62,862 nt of DNA, filler included, from Hyphochytrium catenoides (GCA_900088475.1; 11 parts of 11 records of this genome joined end to end with filler, not necessarily neighbours in it); one strand, 5' to 3'. Positions 50,472 through 60,581 are shown, counted from the first letter of the whole stretch. Translations and numbers: made by a program. The notes: a model not told the origin generated them from the letters alone.

Positions 50472-51907
50472 TCAATCCTCGCCAAGCCTCCTGCTGTCGC
50501 TACTCCTGCTCCCAGCAGAATCCGGGCGGGGACGATACATATCCAACGCAAACTGCTGCGGATCCATTTCTAAGTCGTGAGGCCATATCGCTCCTTCACT
50601 GACTTCTAAGGCATCATAAGCTACAGAGTATCTGCATCTTAGTTCATTCGGAAGGTCGGCATCTTGTTGGGCAAAGTGTGAAGCCCATCGTGCATGATGA
50701 GCAAGGATTCGCCGAAAGGGAAATTTGCCTGCGGCTGGGATTGTCAATATCTCGAAACTTGATCTGCCTCCCTGGATCCACGAAAGCTTCCATCAGGCTC
50801 ACGTCTATCACCATGATCTTGATTGTTTGATGGAAGGGTTGATAGAGCAGACAGACACCAAGTTTGTCGAAAGCTTCTTCGATCGGATTCAGCAACAAAA
50901 GTCCATTCCTGGGACTCGATACATCGTCCCGTCAAAGTTCAAAGAAATCATCAAGTCCATTCCTGGGACTCGATACATCGTCCCGTCGGAGATTCGTTGT
51001 TCCCGAAACGCAGCGTACAATTCTACGGCGCTCGTGCCCGTGGATATGGAGCTCTTCGACNNNNNNNNNNNNNNNNNNNNNNNNNNNNNNNNNNNACATC
51101 GTCCCGTCGGAGTTCAAAGAAATCATCAAGTCCATCGCCGCGCGTCGCCCATCTCCAAATGTGAGAACCGATCACCTTCTCTGAAGGAAAGAAGCGACCA
51201 CTGGCCATACACATAATGCGATGATTATTGTCGGGGTCTTGGCAGCCATAATAATTAATAACATTCCGCTTAAAATCTTGAGCACGGGAGGTAGCAACTG
51301 TCGAAGAGCTCCATATCCACGGGCACGAGCGCCGTAGAATTGTACGCTGCGTTTCGGGGACAACGAATCTCGCAAATTTCTCCAACTTGTCCCCAAGGAC
51401 TCGCTCGCTCTGCTCCAACCTGTCCCCAAGGACTCGCTCGCTCTGCTCCAACCTGTCTCCAAGGACTCGCTCGCTCTGCTCCAACCTGTCCAACTTGTCC
51501 CCAAGGACTCGCTCGTTCTTCTCCAACCTCCTCTCCAGGGTCTCCGTTATTGTTACCAGTTGGCGGGCAAGATACTCGACGGACACCTGATCGACAACTT
51601 CCAGAGCGCGAGAACGCTGCTGTCCTTCGTCACTACTCTCCCTTCTTGCTTGGGAAGACCCGGCAGCTTCTTGCTGTTGTCGTTTGAGGAGTCCAACGAT
51701 ATGCCTAGCCAACGGCTTTGACACCTTAGCGTCTTCAATGAGGTCGGTGAAGCACTCTTCCATTGTGATGTGGCCCGCAACAACAAGCTCAAAGAACCCC
51801 CAAGAAAATCCCTTAGAGGTCAACTTCTGAAGTAAATCCTGTCGATCCCCTTCATTGTCCGGAAAGACGACGAGCGCGAGCGTTTCCAGCGACGAGATGT
51901 TGACCAT
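50472..51907 (-). pseudogene. Crinkler-type HNH (HNH_2-like) endonuclease gene, disrupted as assembled
   Basis: FKRNVINYYG...IMCMASG...VIGSHIW...DDVSSPRNGLLLLNPIEEAFDKLGVCLLY...KFRDID / FPFRRILAHHARWA. Intronless. Contains an internal gap, a duplication carrying a TGA, an inverted insert and a frameshift near 50745. Confidence 0.8.
51381..51536 (-). repeat. 33-bp coding tandem repeat (DRLEQSERVLG, about 4 copies)
   Basis: On the + strand, AACYTGTCYCCAAGGACTCGCTCGCTCTGCTCC starts at 51384, 51417 and 51450, with a variant at 51492. Confidence 0.95.
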
Positions 51908-52484
51908 CGCGCTGCTGCTGCTGCTGCTGCTATTGCTGCTACTGCTGCTACTCCTTCACTTTTGACTTACGGATGGCGGCAAGGGCGGCAAAGTTGAAAC
52001 GGCGGCAAAGTTGAAAACCGAGAGCAATGATATCTTGGTCTTGTTATGTGTGCCGAGGGCAGAGGAAGGGGCTCGGATTTGATGAGAAAGGTCTTCTCTT
52101 TCAACGAAGAAGCTCTAGAATGGAGGTGAAGTGAAGAGATGTTATCAGTTGATGAAGCAATCCTCGATAATCCCCCCCCATCTCTTCATTCACTCACCCC
52201 TTCTCCTTCTTTCTTCATATTTATCCCGAATCCATAAGACAACTCTGCACGTATAGTTTCCACAATCGATTGTTTCTGATCATTCTCTCACTTTATAATC
52301 AATGTACCACGCCCGATCACCGAAAACTGCACTTATTAAAAATTGCATTCAAATACCTATGTAGGCGGCAAGCCTGTATTCTAAATCGGGTATACCCTTA
52401 TCCTAGATGTATCACCCTTGGTTACTATTGTACATTTTTGTCTGTTTAGCCAAAGAAGATGAAGATATTACTACTGCTCTTTGC

Positions 52485-52496
52485 TTTCGCGCCAAA
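52485..52496. promoter_or_regulatory. E2F binding site (overlapping inverted pair)
   Basis: TTTCGCGCCAAA, matching TTTSSCGC on both strands, about 150 bp upstream of the RPA2 ATG. Confidence 0.75.
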
Positions 52497-52644
52497 TTTG
52501 TGATAACGCGATAGCGCCAAGCGAAATCACTTTTCTGAAGCTCTGCCAATCTCAAACCTGACAAAGAGCATCAATCTGACTAGGACCTGGAGTCTGTTGG
52601 GCTAAGCCACTGGTGTACCGATAATCCTCACAACTGTCACAGTT

Positions 52645-53859
52645 ATGTCAGGCTACGGAGGCTATGAATACGGCGGCTACAATGATGACGGCGGTAATGG
52701 TAACTATGGGGGAGGTTTTATGCAGACATCGCCTCAGACAAATCTGTATGGTTCTCAGAACGCCAATGCCTCTCCAGCCAAGAAGGTATCTTATAGGCGT
52801 TAGATGAGAATCCTATGGAATACTGACAATCACCTAGGGTAACCGAGAGAGGCAGAGCGTTCGTCCCGTCACAATCAAGCAGCTGAGAACTGCCACTCAA
52901 GACCAACCAGACGATGTCTTCAAGATTGATGGGAATGATATTTCCCAGGTAATCACTCCTATGGAGGCCTGTACGTCCATAGGGCTCCACCAACTCATCA
53001 CAAGATAGATTCGTGTTGTAGGATGCATCATGGACGTTGTGGAGCAGTCCACGAATCTTACGGTACAAATAGAAGACGGCACCGGCAGATTGGAGGTGAA
53101 GAAGTGGATTGACAACGATGATAATGAGTATTCGGTCAGGATGAGAAATGAGCTAAGGTATGCCAAATAATAATGCTATAACGTGCTTTTTGGTGACCTA
53201 ACCTTCGTGCAGGGTTGGCCTTTACGTTTCAATCATGGGCAACATCCGGACTTTCCAAGACAAAATGACTGTAGTCGCCTTCGACATTCGGCCACTTGAC
53301 GACTACAACGAGATCACCCATCACTTCACAGAGTGTATCTTAGTGCACCTACACTTTACTGTGGGGCCATACCAGAGTAGAATGGGGGGTGCTGGAGTCA
53401 AACAAGACGCGTACGCATCCGGAACGTCATCCTCATACGGCTATGCCGGAGCGGGTGGATACTCCGGCGGGGTTTCTTCAGGCCCAATGCCGATGCACGT
53501 GGATAGCAGTGAGAGCTTTACAATGGATGAGGCAAAGGTGAAGTCACTAGAGAATGGGAAGCCTTGTGGTACTATTTGCTTACCCCATCCTTTCCACCAC
53601 GAATTCCTAGGTCATCAGCATTTTCAGATCAGCTGCTGAATCTGACAATGGTCTGCACATCAATGAAGTCTTTGATAGACTGCGGGGCCAGCTTGATGAA
53701 AGAAGGATCAGGTATGGGGTTGGTCTTCCACCTGAATACTAGTATAATCTGACGAGGGCTTTTATGGGCACTCCTCACAGGGACATTGTGGCGCATCTCT
53801 CAGGCGAAGGTCACCTGTATTCAACCATCGATGAGCAACATTACAAGTCGACGTTGTAG
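52645..53859 (+). CDS. RPA2: Replication protein A 32-kDa subunit (six exons)
   Basis: GGGFMQ N-terminus, QSVRPVTIKQL, FKIDG, IEDGTGRLEVKKW, YVSIMGNIRTFQ, IRPLDDYNEITHHFTECILVHL and winged-helix LSGEGHLYSTIDEQHYKST*. Five short GT-AG introns. Confidence 0.96.
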
Positions 53860-55001
53860 GGTCTACTAAAGGCTTCCTCTTCGTTGGCTGCAGTGTTCGT
53901 TGGCTGCAGCGTCAGTTCACCACCCTTCTTCCTTTGTATATTCTCTACTTACCGTCCTTCTTTGATCTCCTCGCTTACGTCCCTTGGTATGGGAAGGTAG
54001 ATCAGTGACACTGCAAGCACCTGCCTTAGCAGACGTCCCTGAAGAGGCCATGATGTCGACCGGCGCCATACGATATGTGTTAAGAGCTAAACATCTGATC
54101 CTTTACACACCTTTCGTGACTGTTGCGGAAGGCAATCCCTTGGACAACTAAGACTTTCTGACCATTAATCTCTGCGTTATAGCTTGGTGGTCCGCTCTTT
54201 CTGAGCCATGCCTTTAGTTAAAGTACCTAGTGGTGGCAAGATCTTATATCATCATGCACCCTTCCGCTGTCGTTGACTCTCTTCCTCTCTAGCCCTGACA
54301 ACACAGCCTGAGAATCACTCCATGATGGCCTTGAAGTACATTATAGCAGTCAGGTGCCACTGCTCCCTATACGTGGCCCGCGGTTTCTTCGGGAGTAATA
54401 CGTAGAAGATCAAGGACCCTGAGTCCATCGGGTCAGCTCTTCTCCTGTGTACAAGATCCAACAACCACCAAGTTAATTAATTCTACTCGTACAGTAAAGC
54501 AATAGGTTTGAAAGGTAGAGTGGATTGCTATGAAGAGTCAGAGTAGTTGCTATCGATGAAAGATTACTCCAAATATATCGAGCCCCATTATACTTTTCAG
54601 TCCTCTGCATTTATGAGGCAGATGGTTATTTGCGACCACGAAGCTTTCGCCCATTCTTTCATGAGGGTTGCTCTAGCCGCTAACGGACTTGCTCTAGCCG
54701 CTAACGGACTTATTCCACGTGGTGCAACAGGACCGTGATGCTATCCCGAAAGGCTTTCACGGTTGCATGGAAACTGCAAAACATGTGGGTTGGGTTCGCA
54801 ATGGCACTCATCAAAGCTCTTTCTTGGAAGCAGAAGGGTCTTCGTGCCTTGGGATAGATATCAATACCCTGGATAAGACGGGAGAGTGGGCCAGTGGAAC
54901 ACAGCAGGTGTTTGTGACAGAGCATACAGAAAGCTGGGTGGATAGAGGGCTATAACGGAGCAAGCCGACCTGAGGTAGCTGCTGTTATCTGTGAAGCAAG
55001 A

Positions 55002-55988
55002 ATGAAGCTCAGGTTTAGGAGATCAGCTTTCCTAGCTCTCATGCTTCTCTTCGGCCTGGTAGCTCAGGTGCCATCCCAACCGACATGGTCGGAGTGCCAG
55101 ACACAAGTTGAGTTTCAAAAGCCAGGTGCTGAGTCTGTCCCGTACGACCGAATGCGAGATGCCGCAAGGGCCCATGTAGAGGTTCTTTTCAACTTTGCAT
55201 TTTTCGGGGTCAAAGAGCTCTTGGGATACAGGCTGGATGCACTTCAGCGTTGGACAGAAGTGCTTACAAAGTACTTCCCGTTGGAAGAGAATCGAAAGGC
55301 GCTGACCCTCCTTTTGCAAAACATGAAACAACGGCCCGTCTATACGAAAGACCAATGGAAAGACCTCATTCACAACTGGCAGGAGGAAGTGTCGACCAAG
55401 ACTGTCCCTGAGGGTCTTTTCCACTCCAAGCATCCGTATACCTCATGTGAGGGTTATCCTTGTGCTCTGTGGACCCTATTCCATATGGTGACTGTGAATG
55501 TGGGATCCGCTGCTAGGGTACCAGCCGGGGGTGATAGCCAGTCGTGCTCGGCTTCAGAGTCCTGGGAGATTGCCAGCATCATCCGTGAGTTCATTGAAAA
55601 GTTCTATCCTTGCGACGACTGCCGCAATCACTTTCTCAAGTACAATCCTCCTAGCCGATTAGAAAATATACGGCTAGCTGGTGACGTTCGGCAATGTGCG
55701 GATAAGTTGATCTTATGGATGTGGACCAACCATAATGGTGTGAACAAGGCGCTGAACAAGCCACAATGGCCTACAGAAGACGACTGTCCATCCTGTCGAT
55801 TCAACACGGATCCTCTAACGGGGAAGGTTTTTTGGAATGAGGATGAAGTCATCATGCACATCCGCTGTAAATACAGTGTACCAGGCGATACGTGGGATCT
55901 CTCAATGCGTGCATCGCAGAACCCATGGGTTTTTGTCAGCCTCAGACAGTGCGGTGAGCTCATGTGGAAGCAAGTCTTTGGACAATAA
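55002..55988 (+). CDS. QSOX/Erv-family FAD sulfhydryl oxidase (helix-rich region plus ERV domain, no thioredoxin domain)
   Basis: Signal peptide; GYPCALWTLFHMVTV, FYPCDDCRNHF (redox CxxC), LWMWTNHNGVNKAL and KPQWPTEDDCPSCR. Confidence 0.9.
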   Translation: MKLRFRRSAFLALMLLFGLVAQVPSQPTWSECQTQVEFQKPGAESVPYDRMRDAARAHVEVLFNFAFFGVKELLGYRLDALQRWTEVLTKYFPLEENRKALTLLLQNMKQRPVYTKDQWKDLIHNWQEEVSTKTVPEGLFHSKHPYTSCEGYPCALWTLFHMVTVNVGSAARVPAGGDSQSCSASESWEIASIIREFIEKFYPCDDCRNHFLKYNPPSRLENIRLAGDVRQCADKLILWMWTNHNGVNKALNKPQWPTEDDCPSCRFNTDPLTGKVFWNEDEVIMHIRCKYSVPGDTWDLSMRASQNPWVFVSLRQCGELMWKQVFGQ

Positions 55989-56201
55989 GCGGTTCCCAAT
56001 GGCTCGGAGATCATTTTTATAGTCTCGAAGACCCCATCGTGTCCATGCTCATCAGCTTTATAGTTCTTAGTTCTATTTACAACGTTCGTGGAACAGTAGC
56101 GCGATAGATTAGCATCAGTGCATCAGTAAGCGTCTCTCAATTGCAATCGCCCCCTCCTCTCCCCCGTACATATGTCCCAAAGGCTGTGATAAATAAACAT
56201 C

Positions 56202-57082
56202 TTACTCATAATCTGTCCATCGCCTTGGCGGTTGGTCCGAGTAAGAGATCCTCACAGAGCCGAAGATGCAACAACCAACAAGAATGACACGACGCTGGAA
56301 GCCGGTTGGCCGTGCCGCGGCCGTCTTGTTAACATCTGTCTCCCAGGACCCAAGAGTCATAATTGACTTCTCCTCCAGGTGCACGTCCTCTGGAAGGATA
56401 ATGCGTATTTGACCAAAGAGGTTAAAACAGAAGAGCCGAAGGGAATGGCTGGGCGGGAAGACAGCTTTCCTGATGTCTAAGCGTAGAGAACCAAAAATGC
56501 AACCCACGAAGTAGCGGAATGGCAGGTACCAGACCCCAGACTTTGACACAGCGCCGAAGAAGGACATGATGCGACCATCTCTGTGATACATGTCATCAAA
56601 GTCAAAGTAGCGCTGCCGTTTATGGGCTTGACCATCTTGAGCGTCAGGGTACAGGTCACTGTTGAGATCATTCACTGGGGTAACCGCCTCCACGGCGATC
56701 ACGGCCTCCGCTGTAGGATAACCCGATGCTGGGACGTCCCTTATCCCTACTGTCGGTGGACACTAGACAGGAAAGCCAATTAGTGAAGTTACAATGCCTC
56801 TCCGTTGGTAAAGGAGAAACTTACGTTGCACAATTCTTCGTTTTCATGGACATGGGTATGGCGGCTCATAGCCTGCATCTTTCGAGGAACTGTGCGAAGA
56901 GAATATGGTGCATGTTGCACCTTTGAAGCGGCCCCACCGGCGCCACCTGCTTGTTCCTGGTTATCCAATGGCGCATCATCAATGAGATCTCTAGGAGAGA
57001 GCGGTAACGGAGCTGACGGCTCTGGGTCGAAGTCTGGGCTACCCAGTGGGGGAGATGACTCTGTGTAGGACTGGGAGTTCAT
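56202..57082 (-). CDS. Protein with LiaF/DUF2154-like C-terminal beta domain (two exons, intron 56763-56824)
   Basis: Repeated (F/L)G beta motifs: SFFGAVSKSGVW, CIFGSLRLDIRKAVF, NLFGQIRIILPEDV, MTLGS, GCCIFGSVRI. A phase-0 GT-AG intron joins the Pro-rich N-terminus in frame. Confidence 0.68.
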
Positions 57083-57808
57083 TTTGTTCCAGCAGAAGAC
57101 TTCTTCGATCAAGGCTTCCACTTAGATCATCTATCCTGCACGACCATGCAAAGGCCTATATCATCCCTGCTCGACGAAGCGCGATTCTACCTCTTTGAAC
57201 TCTCCGACGATGCCGCGTATATAGCTTTCAGTGACTGCAATGCGAGTAATGTCCGGACTAGCATCAAAGCCTTTGATGGCCCGGTGGAATGGCTCCTGCG
57301 TCCTTGGGGTTCGAGAAGTAGAGAAAGCACCACAGAGTAAGTTCAAGGCTTTGAACAGTTATTTAGTAGTGAACCTTCTGAGAAGGCAGTGAATGCTAAA
57401 CCAGCACATGTTCTGATCAGCCAAGGTAGCGGTTAGCGGCTTTCAATGCTCTACAAGGAACCTGCAGCAATGCCCTCGGCCCCTTTGCATTTATGAGTGC
57501 TCCAGGAAGCTCCGATCAGTCTCTGGTGAGGGCTTTGATCTTTGGCATAGGCGGTGCTTTGCCCTTTAAGTAAGAGGGCTTAGCCAGCCGCCAGGAGGCT
57601 ATTATGAGTCGAAGGGTGGAGCTGTGGAGCTGGTAGAAGTAGAAGAAAGGCCGCTTACAAGTTCTTGGAAGCAGCTATAATGAACAAGATGAAGACGATG
57701 AAGCACAAGGAGTTGCACGTGGACGCTTACTGAAGATTTATTGAAGTGAAGAATAATCAAACTGTTGAGCTATAATATAGAGTGGACATAATGCTACGAG
57801 ACCATATG

Positions 57809-59296
57809 CTAGTGTGAGACATCATTTGAGACAGACACTAGTGGATTCGATGGAGAAAGTCTATCCTTTGACGCGTCTAGAGCCATTGCAGACCCACTAC
57901 CACAGGTAGGTATCGTTGCAACACTTATACTAAGAGACGGACGCAGACCGGTTGGGGGAAAGCTATTGCATCTACCCATGGCAGGAAAATCTACCGGATA
58001 GAGGTCCGACCGCGATTGACTTGAACCTGGAATTGAGCAGTCACCCAACGAAGGCCGCCGCGAGAGCTGCTTCCTGTGGCCCTGGAAAGAGATCTGCTGT
58101 GGCACTTCCTCAACAGAGTTTCCAATTTTTGTGATTTCGGCGTTCAGAGAGGCCCGCCAGCCTTCTCCGCTCATGCGCACGTCCTCCGAATAGGATGCAA
58201 AGCCATTAGACTCCCCCAAGTAAGTCGGCGAGTTCGCAATGGGCAGCGAGAGGCCTCTTTTGAGTATCTTGGGACGACACCGTCGTCCTTCCGAAGCCAT
58301 TGCCTCAGGTGACCTCGTATGCTTGCTGCCTGGCTTAGGGGAGCAAGGGAGCCTGCTCTGGCTGAATCGAAAGGAGCAGCCGAGCTCTGACAGCGTTGGG
58401 GTGGGAGACTCTAGCATGGGAGCATCTGACGAAGGACAATCGTCAGTCACACCTCGTGCTTCCACATTTTCCTTGCTAACCGCTGCCGGAATGATCGTGG
58501 GTTCTGACTCTGTAAACCACACTTTGCTTCTGGTTATATCTCCTTCCTGCAAGTTGGATGACTCTGTCCTTTCAGTGAAGCTGAGCTTGGAGTACGTGGA
58601 GGAGATCAGTTCGCTGGAGAGATCTTTACTGCTTGTCTCGGTTTCCAACGACCTAGCCTCAGCGGACGCGGAACCAGCCTCAGCACCTTCCCTTCCTTGC
58701 AGCAAATCCTTTCTATAAGAGATGAATTTGTTGAGAAGCGTGTTGAACGCTACTTGGCGGTCAAAGTCCGCCTCCTCTTCACTAACATCGTCACACAGAG
58801 TCTGCACTGAGCATTTGGCGACACACGTTGCACTAATCGCTGTTAGTGTTGGCGAGGTGTGGAACAAGAAAGTCTTCGAAGAGAAACCACACCGCAGGCG
58901 AGCCCCATGATTAAGCAGCGTAGGTTGGTAGGGAAGAAGTCGCCTGCCGTTTAGGTACGTTCCATGGCATGAGTCCAAATCTATCACATACACTCCCCCG
59001 TTCTGGTGATTAACTAAGCAGGCATGGACCCGAGAGATGGTCGACCCCACGAGTCTGATCTTGCACACCGAAGAGTTGCGGCCCATCAATTTATATACCG
59101 AGCTCTCGAGATGGAACGTCTGTACCAGCTCATGATTCTCATACATGTCCAGCACGATGAGCTTGTCGGGTACTGGACCTGAACGTGCCCATGATGGGCA
59201 TCGAAAGGGGGATGTACCCTCGGTCAATAAAGGGAGAAACGAAGACGGAGGTCCCGTACAGAGTGAATCCAAGGATAACCTAAGCCTAGAGGTCAT
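57809..59296 (-). CDS. FHA-domain protein, NIPP1/PPP1R8-like, intronless
   Basis: FHA signature MGRN...STISRVHAC...IDLDSCHGTYLNG; FRCPSWA pre-FHA motif; FNTLLNKFIS (cf. NIPP1 FNTAHNKRIS); RVxF-type KVWF followed by acidic residues. Confidence 0.82.
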   Translation of the reverse strand: MTSRLRLSLDSLCTGPPSSFLPLLTEGTSPFRCPSWARSGPVPDKLIVLDMYENHELVQTFHLESSVYKLMGRNSSVCKIRLVGSTISRVHACLVNHQNGGVYVIDLDSCHGTYLNGRRLLPYQPTLLNHGARLRCGFSSKTFLFHTSPTLTAISATCVAKCSVQTLCDDVSEEEADFDRQVAFNTLLNKFISYRKDLLQGREGAEAGSASAEARSLETETSSKDLSSELISSTYSKLSFTERTESSNLQEGDITRSKVWFTESEPTIIPAAVSKENVEARGVTDDCPSSDAPMLESPTPTLSELGCSFRFSQSRLPCSPKPGSKHTRSPEAMASEGRRCRPKILKRGLSLPIANSPTYLGESNGFASYSEDVRMSGEGWRASLNAEITKIGNSVEEVPQQISFQGHRKQLSRRPSLGDCSIPGSSQSRSDLYPVDFPAMGRCNSFPPTGLRPSLSISVATIPTCGSGSAMALDASKDRLSPSNPLVSVSNDVSH

Positions 59297-60130
59297 GCTT
59301 GAAGGTCGGGCCTAGCGCCTAAACAAGCGTTATCCGACAAGTTCACCGGCCCGGTTGTGACAAACACATTGTCTCGACCTCCCTAGTCGTCAGTTTGAAC
59401 TATGAAATGAATGTACAAGAAGCCCAAATCCCAACCAGATAGAATAAAGAGAGGAAAGAAAGAGAGATCGATCACTGCATCTTCGCAGCTCCAGTCGTAA
59501 AGTGTCTCTGTTCTAACGTCCAACGGACCTCCTGAGGTGAGGCACAGCTGGCTGGCTTGACCTTCAAACCTTTGGGAAGCTCGCAGAGGTTGCGCAGAAG
59601 AAGCAATCTCTGCTAATTTTCTTCAGAATGTTCGCGTTCAAGTGCGTGTAGAACCTGATCACTTCTCCCCCGCGCTCCTCGCACTTCTGTAACAGTGTTG
59701 GTCTCGTTTAAGGTGGAGGTCGGACGCTGAATGGCTGTGCTAAGAGATTGATGCCAAATGGCAAGTGCTCAAAAGCTTCCCTTTCACAGCTGTAAAGCGA
59801 ACTAAAGATGGGGCAGAGAGAGCAGACAGAGGAGAGTAGCAGAGTCAACCCACAAAGCCAGCAATAACCAAGGCACAGAGGAACCGCACTCTCTTGTCAG
59901 GGAAGTGAGAAAGGCTCTCTCTCTCTCTTTCTTGGCCCAGTGTGGACTATAGAGGAGCTGTCCGCCACGCCATTGCGTGTGGACCACTTCAAACGACTGA
60001 GGAAGAAGCCTAGGAACCCTGGGAACGCAGCACTGACAGAAGCAGCAAGAACGACTGTGATCGCCTTTCTTTCTTCTCTGTGGCACTCTCTCTCTCTCAC
60101 TCGCTCTCTCTCTCTCTCTCCTCTCTCTCC

Positions 60131-60169
<39 letters not shown>

Positions 60170-60581
60170 GCTGCCGCCTTTGCCTTGGGTTCCTGGGCCA
60201 GTCACATTGTGGATCGAAACACTCGAGGAACAGGACCCCACGACGCAAACCCCTACAGGGGTGAGTGCCGCCATATTGCTTAACCCTCATCCCCAAAAGG
60301 CGTTACCCCTCCCCCAGGTAAGACATTATAGGTCTTTTCCACAAAGCCACTGAGTAGACTCCAAGGTTGAGGGTCATAGTAGATAATGTGGCCATGGGCT
60401 TCACATCTCGGACGAAACAAGGGATAAGCTCTGTAGAGATTCCGAGATAGTGGTGCTGATTGACCGTCTTACACAAACACAGGAAGCATTCCACCATTTA
60501 AGAATCCGCTCTATTTATCAAAATCCCTTTTGCGGACTAGAATTCTATTGGGCTCTCAGGATGTGCAGTCTGATTAGGACC

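Noticed and set aside
51381-51536. 33-bp repeats next to an HNH nuclease as a CRISPR-like array
   Set aside because: Units are contiguous, lack unique spacers and are in-frame coding sequence.
54046-54104. Possible box C/D snoRNA (ATGATGT...CTGA with short stem)
   Set aside because: Imperfect C box, very short, and I could not match a guide to rRNA or snRNA; needs snoscan/Infernal.
16565-55988. PDI and QSOX-like genes as a co-located disulfide pathway
   Set aside because: On different contigs; co-occurrence results from concatenation.
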